DNA of 64,000 bases, from NCBI RefSeq assembly GCF_964204645.1, contig NC_134029.1, positions 11,124,850-11,188,849 on the forward strand. Direction: 5' to 3'. Within the stretch, counting starts at the first letter, position 1; each line of letters starts with the position of its first letter. The position numbers and the translations under genes were made by a program. Below the pieces are notes generated by a model that was not told the origin of the DNA, ran no database searches, and worked only from the letters and a program-made list of their open reading frames with translations. This stretch comes from Tubulanus polymorphus (Eukaryota; Animalia; Nemertea). Shown piece after piece: positions 41,287 through 53,084 of this stretch.

Positions 41287-41759
41287 GACGAAACTTTATC
41301 TATTACTTTGTTCGCGGCTTTACTTAAAACATTAGTCACGATAGATTCTAGAATCGGTTTCAACAAGAGAGGTGTCAATATGAATGGCAGAAATCCTCCC
41401 TTTTGAGAAATAACTCTCCTTTTATGTTTAACAGCTATAGATTTATTCGCTAACATACGAATGTATCGTTTATGTTGTTTTAACACCCGTTTCTCTTTGT
41501 CGCTATGTTCTATATTTCCCAGTAAACTGTTTTTAGATATTTCACAAATACAGTTAATTAGTTCTACTGGTGCCGATTCGATCAACGCTTCTCGTTGCTT
41601 TTTCTTACAACTTGCCAACACGTGAAAATGATGAACGTACTTTTTTAACCGATCAACGGATTTATTGTTACGAGGAACCATCTTCCTTTTATAAATAGTA
41701 GACCTTAGCTTTCTTTTAATGGATTTTCTTAGTTTTGTAAACGATGTGGTATACATCAC
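41283..41759 (-). CDS. Basic virion protein (PW / adenovirus pX-like precursor)
   Basis: CICEI..N.L.GNI and QKGGFLP.IL.PLL; the true start may be internal (MVPR). Confidence 0.75.
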   Translation of the reverse strand: MMYTTSFTKLRKSIKRKLRSTIYKRKMVPRNNKSVDRLKKYVHHFHVLASCKKKQREALIESAPVELINCICEISKNSLLGNIEHSDKEKRVLKQHKRYIRMLANKSIAVKHKRRVISQKGGFLPFILTPLLLKPILESIVTNVLSKAANKVIDKVSS

Positions 41760-42366
41760 TGGGAAATATTTTAGTCCTTAGTCGCCATTTATCATCTGTT
41801 TTCGGTTTAAAGTCTAATAACAAATAACCGTGTGGTTCTTCTGTAGCATCTTTGAAAGCCTGTTCTATTTCATTTTTTAGTCCCACTTGTTGAGCTAACA
41901 CCCGAATTTGGTTTCTATCTCGAGCGTTTTTGAATACGGCGATATAATGACTATTTAAACTAATCGTCCTAAAACCTTTCCCTTTAGGAAATAAGTTTTG
42001 AACAATAGTGATAATAGAAATATTTCTATGATGAGCGCCCTTAGTATACAACGCCGCCAAGGTGTCATTACCGCCAACTTCGTTCATCAGATCGTCGACT
42101 ATTATTAAAGTGCGACTACTACCGTTTATTTTTTCGTATAGTTCATCAGAAAATCCTTCGACAAATTGAACATCAAATTTTTCCAATTCTTGAAACATTT
42201 CGGGCTGCGCCTCTCCATAACACCAATAAATTTTTTCCGGTTGTTTTTCTATAAGTTTTTCGGTAATTAGTTTCTTTACAAACCAACTTTTACCGGATGA
42301 TGTAGGTCCGCAGACTAGCATAGTAAATGGATGCACGAGATATCTAGGCCCATCGTATTCTGCCAT
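41716..42366 (-). CDS. A32/FtsK-like genome packaging ATPase
   Basis: Walker A GPTSSGKS, Walker B IIVDD, HHRNIS, RTISLN, PHGYLLLD. Confidence 0.95.
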   Translation of the reverse strand: MAEYDGPRYLVHPFTMLVCGPTSSGKSWFVKKLITEKLIEKQPEKIYWCYGEAQPEMFQELEKFDVQFVEGFSDELYEKINGSSRTLIIVDDLMNEVGGNDTLAALYTKGAHHRNISIITIVQNLFPKGKGFRTISLNSHYIAVFKNARDRNQIRVLAQQVGLKNEIEQAFKDATEEPHGYLLLDFKPKTDDKWRLRTKIFPSDVYHIVYKTKKIH

Positions 42367-42441
42367 CTTAGTGGTTTTAGGGTTTTAGGGTTTTTGATTA
42401 TCCGTAGTAGCCGACTTTTAATAATTTTGAATTTCAAAAAT

Positions 42442-42975
42442 TGATAAAGTTTAGAATTTTACAAAACCAGGTTTGACAATTTTTCAAGTTTTAGAAAATG
42501 TGGTTTGTACATTTTTAATAGGAAAATACTAAGAGGTTTGATAAAATATTCAATTATAAAATTTGTGGTTTGGATATTTTTTAAAGTAACAAAGTTTGTT
42601 TAAAACGAAATCCGTAAAAACTATATCGTAATGATAAAGTTTAGAATTTTACAAAACCCGGTTTGACAATTTTTCAAGTTTTAGAAAATGTGGTTTGTAC
42701 ATTTTTAATAGGAAAATACTAAGAGGTTTGATAAAATATTCAATTATAAAATTTGTGGTTTGGATATTTTTTAAAGTAACAAAGTTTGTTTAAAACGAAA
42801 TCCGTAAAAACTATATCGTAATGATAAAGTTTAGAATTTTACAAAACCCGGTTTGACAATTTTTCAAGTTTTAGAAAATGTGGTTTGTACATTTTTAATA
42901 GGAAAATACTAAGAGGTTTGATAAAATATTCAATTATAAAATTTGTGGTTTGGATATTTTTTTAAAGTAACAAAG
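42442..42975. repeat. 190-bp tandem repeat x2.8 in the divergent ATPase/polB intergenic region
   Basis: Near-identical units start at 42442, 42632 and 42822. Confidence 0.93.
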
Positions 42976-42994
42976 ATGTTCTCTTTTATAGATC

Positions 42995-43620
42995 ATGTAT
43001 TCGTGCAGCATTTGTAACGCTACCTTCGCCTCGAAATTCAATCTCAAACGTCATGAGATGATGCATGAGGGTAAGAAGGGTTTCAAATGTCTGGAGTGCG
43101 GTAAAGCACACGCCAGAAAAGATAATTTAGTGCGGCATATGAAAAATTGTAATAATCGGCAGGTAGCGCAGGATAGAGTGCCACCGATAGCTCAGACTTC
43201 TGACCAACCAGACGATAAGCAACCTATATCAAATGTTCGGTCATCTCCTCAACCATCTACGTCAACCGCTTTCACGGTAAGAATCCTCAGACATATATAT
43301 ATATTATCATGATCATAATATATACGTTATACGTTTTGTATTTATATGTATTTAATTTGTATTTCAGTGTAATAATTGCGGTAAAAGATCGGCTCGAAAA
43401 GATAATCTTAAGCGGCACATGAGATCGTGTAAACCACGACGACCGGTTGCGAAGGAATTCTCATGTTCTAATTGCGCAAGATCTTTTACCGAAATAAACG
43501 ATTTGAAAATACATAGGGAACATTGTAGTTCTACGGCTCAGAAACGACCCAGGGACGATGACGACAATGACCAGCAATCGACACAAAAACGTCTGTGTCA
43601 TAATAATAATAGTCCCGAAA
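42995..43620 (+). CDS. Spliced zinc-finger exons (four C2H2/C2HC fingers), probable polB N-terminus
   Basis: GT-AG intron 43277-43367 (phase 0) creates FT|CNNCGKRSARKDNLKRHMRSC. Confidence 0.75.
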
Positions 43621-43681
43621 AAAAAAAAAAAAAAAAAAATTATTTACATGGTTTTTCAACAATTTTATATTTATTTTACAG

Positions 43682-46600
43682 ACCGGAACGCAGCATAGCC
43701 GTAAATTCAACATGAATACTGAACGGTTCAAGGCTATTGTGATTACCAACAATGACAAGGACGATGATAGTAATAAGGAAGAGGACGATACCGTAACAGC
43801 GCGCGATACCGAAACAATACTCCGCAAGTATTTAAGTAACATCCTAGCGGCAATGAGTGAGATGTTAGACGCCCGGCCAACCGATATGTTGAGGATTTCG
43901 ATAGAACATGAAAATCTTCAAAGAAATATCGAATACTTCTACGTACCTCTAGAAGAAATCACTATCGATTATTTACTCGAGCGTATTGTTAGTGTTCTTC
44001 AGTCTAACGAAGATCTATCTTTGGACGGGCTGATCTTTCATTGTACACTCATTAGGATGCCTCTCGGTGGTGCTAGACAAAAGCGGATAACGACTGACTT
44101 TGAACAGTTCCGAAAAACAAAGAAATCGGTCATCAGTATAAATAATGATGACGATTTATGCCTAGCGAGGGCGCTAGTCGTGGCGAAGGCGCGAGCCGAT
44201 AATGACCCTCGTTATAACATAATTCGTAAATGCGAAAAATCATCGCAACGAGAAGCCGCTCTCGCATTGCACCAGGCGACAGGAGTCCCCACCGGCAAGT
44301 GTGGAATCCCCGAGCTGGACAAAATGGTGAAGGCTAAACTTGACGATTATTATGTTTTAGTGGTGACTGGAGACAATAACGCATACCACGTATTGTACGA
44401 AAACGATAAAAAAATATTAACCCAGGATTCGAATGCGAAGAAAATAATCCTTTTATACACGAATGGCCACTTCGACGTCGTATCGTCAATGGCTGCATTT
44501 ACATGTCGTGTATATTTCTGTTTCTCGTGTAAAAAAGGATATAATACAGCCGAAGCGCATCGTTGTAATGACAAATGTTCCTTATGTCGTGGCAATTGCG
44601 CTCGAGAACAGAGGGGCAATTATTTTTGCAATCGTTGCAATATGTACTATAAATCGGAAGCGTGTTTTGCCAATCATTTAAGACCTTTGGCAACGGGTCA
44701 AAGCCTTTGTAATTCGCGGGCACGGTGTATGCGTTGTGGCTCTATTATTCCCCGATCGAAACTGGATCCTAAATTACACGATTGCGGTAAAAAGTATTGT
44801 TCCTCGTGTAAAGAAAAGCTACCTATAGGCCATCTTTGTTATATTGGGGTGACAAAAGGTCAGGAGCACGTGGTCCCCGAAGGCGATAAAAACACGCATC
44901 AATTAATCAATCCTTATTTAGACGCGAAAAGCGAAGAATTCAAAATTAGAAAATTTATAGCGTTTGATTTCGAAACGACTACTGTGGATTCGAACCACGT
45001 TGTAGTATTAGGTATAGCACACAGAACGTGTCAAATGTGTAAATGGTCAAGGCGTACTCCAGACTCGTCATGCGACCATTGCGGTAAACACGAACACGTG
45101 TTCAAGTCGGATATCGATTTCTGCAAATGGCTGTTTACTGAGGAGAATAAGGGTTCCACTGTTTTTGCGCACAATTTTCAATCGTTTGACGGCTATTTTA
45201 TTTTAAGATATTTGGTTTCGCAAGGCATACTACCGGACATAGTACCAAACGGTGGTAAAATTATGACGATGTCTATCCAACATTTGGATATTAAATTTTT
45301 GGATACTTTGAATTTCCTACCTATGAAACTTGGTAAATTACCGGAAACATTAGGTATTCCGGAATTGAAAAAGGGTTATTTTCCGTACACTTTTTGTACT
45401 GGAAAAAATATGAATTATGTAGGACCGATTCCGGATTTACATTATTATAATCCTGATGGCATGAGTTCCAGCGAGAGGAACGAATTTGTAAAGTGGCATA
45501 CAGAGCGCCGGTCTGAAAATTTCGTTTTTGATATGCAACACGAGTTGATAGGGTATTGTCGGTCCGATGTTGACATATTAATGCAATCGGTCATTAATTT
45601 CCAACATCAATTCTTTGCACTTACTTCAGTCGATCCTTTTAGAAATTCAATTACCATTGCGTCGGCATGCAATCTAGCGTTAAGAACAAATTTCCTAAAA
45701 TCGGAAACAATTGGCTGTTATAGACCCAATGCCAAGTTTTCAAAAATGAGCATCCGTTGGTTAAGATGGCTATCTGAAAATAATAATATTCGAATTCAAC
45801 ATGCGTTGAATGGCGGTGAAGTAACTATTGACCGCTATAAAGTGGATGGTTACCACGCCGAATCAAACACCGTGTATGAATTTCATGGCTGTCTGTACCA
45901 CGGATGCCCTAAATGTTTTAAAAATTCAGATATGCAGTCGCCGGTGCGGTCCGATAAAAAATTTGGTGAACTTTATCAGGCTACGTTAGAAAAGAGTGCA
46001 AAGATTAGGGCCCTTGGATATAATTTGGTGGAATTTTGGGAACACGAATATTGTAACTTGGTGAAAGAAAACCGTGTTTTTGCCGATTTTGTAAAAGAAG
46101 TAGATATTTCTGACCCGTTATTACCGCGTGACGCATTTTTCGGCGGTCGAACTAATGCAATAAAAATCTATCATAAGGCCGAAGATGATGAAAAAATTAA
46201 ATATATTGACATATGTTCGCTATACCCGTACGTTAATAGTCGTTGTAGCTATCCAATAGGTCACCCAACAGTTATAACTGAAAATTTCGGTGATATCAAA
46301 GATTATTACGGGTTGATTAAATGCCGAATTTTACCACCTCGGGGCTTATATTTACCCATCCTTCCATACAGAGCCAATGGCAAATTATCCTTTCCTTTGT
46401 GTCGCTCGTGCGCTGAAGATAGTAATCAACGCGAAAGGTGTCGCCACACGGAAGACGAACGTGCTATTACCGGAACGTGGGTCAGTTTAGAGATCCAAAA
46501 AGCCGTTGAATTGGGATACCGTATTATCGGTATATTCGAAATTTGGAATTGGGAACGTAGCGAAACCGGATTATTTGCAGACTATATAGGAAAATTTCTA

Positions 46601-47458
46601 AAAGTAAAAACCGAAGCTAGCGGGTGGCCATCTCCCGATATGACTCGCGCCAAAAAAGACCAATTTCTATCCGATTATTTCGAGCGCGAGGGTATCCGTC
46701 TCGAAGAAAATAACATAAAGAAGGCGAAGGGCATGCGAACTGTCGCCAAACTATGTTTAAATAGCATGTGGGGTAAACTCGGTCAAAATGAAAACAAAAC
46801 CACTGCTAAATATATTTCAGACCCCGGTGAAATGTACAGCATGCTTTTAGACGATAGTTTGGACATACAAGATTTACTGTTGTGTAACGAAGAGGTGTTA
46901 AGGGTGCACTACAGAAAACGCGACGAATTTGTCGAATCCTCCGGTAAAACTAGCGTCGCCTTAGCCGCGTTCACAACGGCGCATGCTCGACTAATTCTCT
47001 ATAGTTATATGGAGAAACTAGGGGATCGAACCCTTTACACGGATACCGACTCAATCATTTACACCGTTAAACCTGATCAATGGGATCTGCCAACTGGAAA
47101 CTTTTTAGGGGATATGACCGATGAGTTGGCAGATAAATACGGAGATGGTGCCTATATTTCGGAATTCGTTTCGGCCGGTCCGAAAAAACTATGCATTCCG
47201 TGTTTTCAGTCCGCGTGACAATAAATTCTCATCGGAATGCAAAGTGAAAGGAATTAATTTGAATTTTAGAAATAAACAAATAGTCAACTTTAAATCAATG
47301 GTTGATATTATAGTCGGTGAAAAATACGATCATTTGTACGTTTCCATTCCAAACAAGATAAATCGAGACATCAAAAAATGTTCCATATTTAATAGAGACG
47401 AGCGAAAAATATATCGCGCCGTATACACTAAATTAACACGCTTCCCTACGGTTTTTAG
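43682..47458 (+). CDS. polB: Protein-primed DNA polymerase B (OTU-like, Cys-rich, exonuclease, VSR-like insertion); C-terminal frameshifts
   Basis: CLARA..HFD, FDFET, AHN...FDG, VDGY...YEFHGC.YHGC, DICSLYP, KLCLNSMWGK, YTDTDS. An extra A at 47183-88 breaks GPKNY; the end TLPYGF* is at 47458. Confidence 0.95.
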
Positions 47459-48054
47459 ATACACGTTTTATTATTCTCCTCTAGTCACCACTATTTTTTC
47501 GAATTTAAATAATGAATTTTTTTGTACATTTACTATTTATATAGAATATTTATCCTTTACTAATATAATAAAGTTTATCAAATATTATGTTAAATTGAAC
47601 ATCGTTATTCCTTTATTGATATGTTAATTATCATAGTCGCTTTGGATTACACTAAAGGATGGAATTTGATCGTGTAGATAAGGCCAACAATGAGAGGATT
47701 GATTGATAGGCAATTGATGGAATCATGCTACAGACAGTCGACATATCGAAATGACTGAACTTTAAGGGAATGAATGACCGACGAAACAATGACAAAGACA
47801 ATTGACTTCTATTGACACACGTTTATTTTCATTTAATCGTGGATAATAAAGTTAGAAAAACAATACATATTATTAGACCGTTAATTAAACGTATTTATTT
47901 ATTCTTACTGGGAGCGTATGCGGAATATTCTGGAGCATTACGAACTCCGCTAGTGTCCTTTGCGCAGTATGCGCATCTATATTCTTGATTTTGATGACTT
48001 CGTTCGTACCAACACGGTTTCATATCGGATAGTTCGGGTACATCGTCGCTAAAA

Positions 48055-48483
48055 TTAATGTCTTTTAATTTCTTCCACTGAGAGAGATAATTTTACACCT
48101 TTTCTAGAAGGTACGGTTTCGCCTTTCGCATCGCATAGTATATAGAACCGTATATCGATGTATACACGACTATTATGACTAGAACGATAGATTTTAATAA
48201 AGTTCGAACGACCGATAGTCATAACTCCCACATATCCCGCTTGTTGTTTGACTCGCTCAATTTCGTGTTCGATATCGGATTTACAGTAGTCGATATGTAC
48301 CCACTCTTGCAAATCTAACGCGATACCGTTTTTAGTCGGGTATAACTGGTGCTTCCGGTCGCAGCACTCGTATGTCCTGAGATCGATACGTTTTGAACCC
48401 TGCCATGTTTTCACGCACGCGTAAACGAGTTGTCCTAAATAATGAGGATCGGGTTGACCATCTGACGATGTGACGGTTTTCAT
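48055..48483 (-). CDS. Tandem PC4/Sub1-like ssDNA-binding/coactivator protein, probably with upstream exon
   Basis: V..W.G...IDLR.Y......PTKNGI.L...EW and VYIDIR.Y......PSRKGV.L. Candidate intron 48525-48612 adds a basic segment in frame. Confidence 0.8.
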   Translation of the reverse strand: MKTVTSSDGQPDPHYLGQLVYACVKTWQGSKRIDLRTYECCDRKHQLYPTKNGIALDLQEWVHIDYCKSDIEHEIERVKQQAGYVGVMTIGRSNFIKIYRSSHNSRVYIDIRFYILCDAKGETVPSRKGVKLSLSVEEIKRH

Positions 48484-48889
48484 TGACTGAGGCGTATCGA
48501 CGGCGTTATCATTAACGATTGAGTCTATAGAAAATAAAGTTACGAAATTAAGTATTTAGAACATACATACATCATTTTACGAAATATTGTCTCGAAACAG
48601 AAATAGACTTACCGAAATTAAGTTTGAGATGAACCGGTTTCCTTTTCCTATATGCGGGTGAAAGCTTCGCTTTTTTAGGAGAACTACATATTTCTAAACT
48701 ACATGTGCTTCGGCCGCTTGGTGAATCGATGATATCCGCGATTGTCGATGTGAAGAGATCCGATGTTAACCGCCCGAAGTCTCCGAGTTAAATGACGTCT
48801 AAACATGATTTATATCGCGTTTTTATTGTCCACAAATATCAGGCCCGAACACGTTTTATGGCTTCGCTTTATTGTTATCGATATTCTCG

Positions 48890-49017
48890 CCCAAACACGT
48901 TTCCCCCCACCAACATGATGTAATCAATGACGTCATCCATGACGTCAGCGATGACGTCATTGCTCCTCACTGCTCCTCACTGCTCACTCGGTCCCAAAGT
49001 GACCCTATATAACTACT
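48890..49017 (-). repeat. Right TIR of element B
   Basis: Ends GACCCTATATAACTACT, followed by TSD CACATA. Confidence 0.95.
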
Positions 49018-49559
49018 CACATATCAGTACAGAGATTGATAACTAAAAATCATGACACCCACTCCACTTGAAATAGTACCAACTGACGTGCACCAGGGAA
49101 GTGTGATGAGATGGAATACGGACGCTATTGTGCAGCTCTTTTCGAATGTGCGTTGTAATTGCCCTAAAGCCGATAACGGTTCGTCGGCGAGCGCTTTGTT
49201 ACGTAACGCGCCGATATGCGATAACCAGCGAGATCGGGAATCTCCGTAATAATTCAGTTGTTTCCGAATATCGGTTTTTCATCCCATAATAAACTTATAT
49301 AAAAATTCCTCTGTAAACTGGTTAAACTCAACACCTGATTTCCCCTCATCAATTTTAGTCGATCAACTTGTATTCACAATTGTCTTAAATTTAAGTGCCC
49401 CCTAGTTTGTCTCTTAACTGCTTCTCTTTAATCTGTTTTAGCGTGTAACTGTTTCTACGTTAATTTTCCTTTAGTTAGTATCATCTCTGATTACTTGAAT
49501 TAGTCTCTTTGTCTCTGGATTGTATATATCTCTCATAGTTTCTGTAGTATTCATTATTT

Positions 49560-49595
49560 CTGAAGATGACTATTAGGACATAGACGAAACGTTGA
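49560..49595 (+). ncRNA. Degenerate hammerhead-like motif (Penelope pseudo-LTR remnant?)
   Basis: CTGAAGA, weak stem, GAAACGTT, then AATAAA. Confidence 0.35.
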
Positions 49596-50299
49596 ATAAA
49601 CTACTAACATTTTTGGACTTTTTCGTTATCATTGTGGGATTCTCTCTACATCGCTTCAGACGGATATAGTGTTTTATCAATCGTGATATCGGTTCTTTCC
49701 GCTGTATTAAAATGGCAACGGTTGTCAACGAAATTATAAATGATGACGATTTTGACGATCTATTCTTTGATAGTGACGAATTGGTTCAGATCGATACGGA
49801 AATATTACGGGAATCCTCTGGATCAGGATCAACTAATTCGGCCGATTCTAGTGAGTGTTATTCCTTTTGAATCAATGAAATATCGGAATAGTTTCCACCT
49901 AATTGCAGGCACTTTATTCTTTCCTTTTCTTTTTCATATAGGTACTTCTCAGGCTCAGCTGACCAGAGACTGCGATCTGAACACGAGAAAACACACATAC
50001 AGGTATTTTTTACATTTATTTTTATAATCAATACAATCCTTTTAGGTTATAAAATAATAAACGAATACAGAAAATAATATATAAACATAATATAAAAAAT
50101 CCAGATAAGTACATGTTAAAATAATAATCATTATTATTATTTTCGCAGGAACACTATATATTTGGAAAAGGCTATGACTTAAGTGATTAACCATCGAGTA
50201 TTTAAATTCAGTTCAAATGGAATGGCAGCAGTACATTATGGAAAATCGATCGATAAAATTTTGACTACAAATACGTCGCCGTCCAGACTTGGAATTAAC

Positions 50300-50622
50300 C
50301 AGTGGTTTACAAAAATTCAAGATACATTATGTTCCGCCATTCACATAAGCACTGCGAAAGATTTGGATAAAATGTGGGCAAAGTTTCATGTTGTGATAGT
50401 CACAGGGACAGTTTTTTTAACGTTTTTGTTCTTACGCCATTTTTGTAATTTGACACGACACATATTACAGATATATATCGGGTACTGTTCAGTATCATCA
50501 TCAAAATCAATGTTGAACAACTCCTTCACATGGCTTTTGAAATTATTTTTATCGATAGGACGACGATCCGGAGGTTTCGCATTTTTTCCACACAATCGAC
50601 AAAGATCCATGACTAAAAACAA
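50300..50622 (-). pseudogene. RAG1 N-terminal/Chapaev-like zinc-binding domain fragment
   Basis: LCRLCG...ELFNIDF..D...YP..IC..C, with F.P...CLC downstream in another frame. Confidence 0.55.
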
Positions 50623-51644
50623 GAAAAGGTTATTTAAATGAGATTGCTGATGCTATTTAGGCAACTTGGTTTATATGGGGGGCAATAATTTGTAGGCCTA
50701 TTGTAAGCGTTATTAAGTAACATTATTATGTAGTAAATACACATTTTAAAGATCATACTTCGTGTATATGTTTGTGTCGTAACATAGCAACATGACGTCA
50801 GAAATGAAAGCTGCGCGAGTCTGGGCCGAAATATTTGACATCTTCAAGGCCCAAATAACGCTAAACCCGGAATCGGAACGAACTGGCAAAAACATATGTT
50901 TAACACATAAAAACAGACTTTAATCACAATATAAATACTTAATGTTCCGATACCGGGTTTCGGAGATATAGAAGAATAAAAATACATACCTTTTTGGACA
51001 AATTTTACGAGAAATTGTTGAATTTCAACCGATTTTCTAAAGAAAAATATGTGTATACACAGCCATTTCCACGTTGTTCAATGAACTGCAGTGCGCATGC
51101 GTAGTATCGATCGCAGAACATTTATCGGGCTAAAACTATTGCGGGTTGTTCTGCGACCGAATCAAAGTTGATGTTGACTGGTGTTCAGCTGGTAACACAC
51201 ACTCGATAAGCGTAGCTTACTGCTGTTGCGGTAACCTTTGATGTACGGGCTGAATTGAATAGCCTACATCCGGCAATTAAAAGCGTCCGTATTCTATCTC
51301 ATCACACTTCCCTGCGTGCACTGAGCACTAAATCCGAAAGCAAGAGTAGCGAACAAACCCCCTAATATATTAAGTGCCCTTCAAAAAGTCAGCGTAATTT
51401 GGGTCAAGATTTTTCGAAATTTAGATTCAATTTCACATACACTTCATATTTAAGATCTGCCCTTTTCAATAAGAAAGTGCCACTTCTAACGTTGAAAGGT
51501 GCCCTTTTAATATTAGAAAGGGGCGGATCCAGGGGTTATTTTAAACTAACTTCCAAATATAAAAGGTCACTATTTATCAATAAAAGAGCATGGATATTCA
51601 TTCATTCCACATGAGGAGATGTATCCTATGACATTAAGTCCATG

Positions 51645-52049
51645 AGTAATAGGGGTAATGGGCTTTCAGATCAAAGGTCGAAAGGTCGAGCTCATAAAAA
51701 AACATATATTAAAAGTAATTAAAAAACTATAATATATTTTCATAACCGTGTGTATTTTATATTAAAACTAAATATTTATTCTAAGATATCAATAATATAA
51801 AAAGCATATTGTATTAAATCAATTGGTCGCTCCACTTCGCTACCGCTCCGCTCCGCGACCAATTGATTTAATTACAATACACAAATTCATATAATCAAAT
51901 ATATTCAAATGATAATAATTATTCTATTGTTCAACTGAAATACACACGGTTATGAAAATATATTATAGTTTTTTAATTACTTTTAATATATGTTATTAAT
52001 GAACTCGACCATTCAACCTTTAACCCGAAAGCCCATTACCCCTATTACT
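51645..52049. repeat. 405-bp terminal imperfect hairpin of element C
   Basis: AGTAATAGGGGTAATGGGCTTTC...GAAAGCCCATTACCCCTATTACT; apex AAATCAATTGGTCGC/GCGACCAATTGATTT. Confidence 0.9.
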
Positions 52050-52129
52050 CTTAAAATATTCATATATATGAATAACATTTAAATCATTGAACTTCTAAAA
52101 TCAATTTTAATAAAAAATATAGTATTAAA

Positions 52130-52390
52130 ATGGAAGCAAATAAGTACTACTGCCCAACATGTAATATCGATATAGATAAATCCCAAAAAGCAAGACACAA
52201 TAAAACTAGAACACATTTAGAAAATAAATTGAAACTAGAATATTCAGAACAGTTAACAAAAGGAAAGAAATTTATTGAATTATGGAACACTGATCCAAAT
52301 AATGAACAATACGTTGAGGATACGATGTTTATACTAGAAAATGATTCTATTTTAGCCTATATACATTCAATGTACAGAGCTATAGAATAA
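52130..52390 (+). CDS. Small zinc-finger ORF starting in the terminal repeat
   Basis: YYCPTC...RHNKTRTH nearly identical to the polB N-terminus of A; 3' half resembles the C-terminus of 53554-54234. Confidence 0.55.
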   Translation: MEANKYYCPTCNIDIDKSQKARHNKTRTHLENKLKLEYSEQLTKGKKFIELWNTDPNNEQYVEDTMFILENDSILAYIHSMYRAIE

Positions 52391-53084
52391 ATCTATAAAT
52401 TCACAGCTGTTACAGTTGTTACTATAACGACGAGACATTATGACTCATAATATTACAAACTGTGCTGGAACTCTGAATAGAGATGACACGTCATAATCAG
52501 AAACGTGTAGAATATTCTAGAACCGGAACTAGATGACGTGGCATAATCAACGACGTGTTCATTCTAGAAATCACCCCGGAAATGGATATACGCTGTAATA
52601 TTGTGCTCAGGATATTCTATCTTTCGAAACGAAATTAGGAGTTTATAGTTTACAATTATAAATCTAAATGTAAGTACTGTTTGTTGTAGTTATTAAGGCT
52701 ATTAAATATGAAACCTTTAGATATATTTAAGTGTATTTAGTATATCTTTTAGATAGCTAGAGTTACCGCTAATATCTTTTAGATTAATAAAACGTCATAC
52801 GCATCAAGAAGTGATAGAGAAACTCAAGATACTCTTTCTGACTGAGGAATCAACAGCAATGGATATCAAACCAATAGAATCACCAAAAGATCGAAGAAAC
52901 TATATAAGAATTTCAAAAACATTAAGACTCCAATGATTAAGTTTAACATTTGTTAATGTAGTTAAATATTTACCAGCAATTGAAAAAATGTTTGTAATTA
53001 TAAATTGTATTTATAGAAATCAAATGATGTATTAGAAGAAATGACTGAACAACTTGTATAATGTATTGTGTAAATCTGATTTGT

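Noticed and set aside
39177-44723. Antisense/alternate-frame ORFs overlapping integrase, TBP, PZ and polB
   Set aside because: Shadows of real genes with no motifs.
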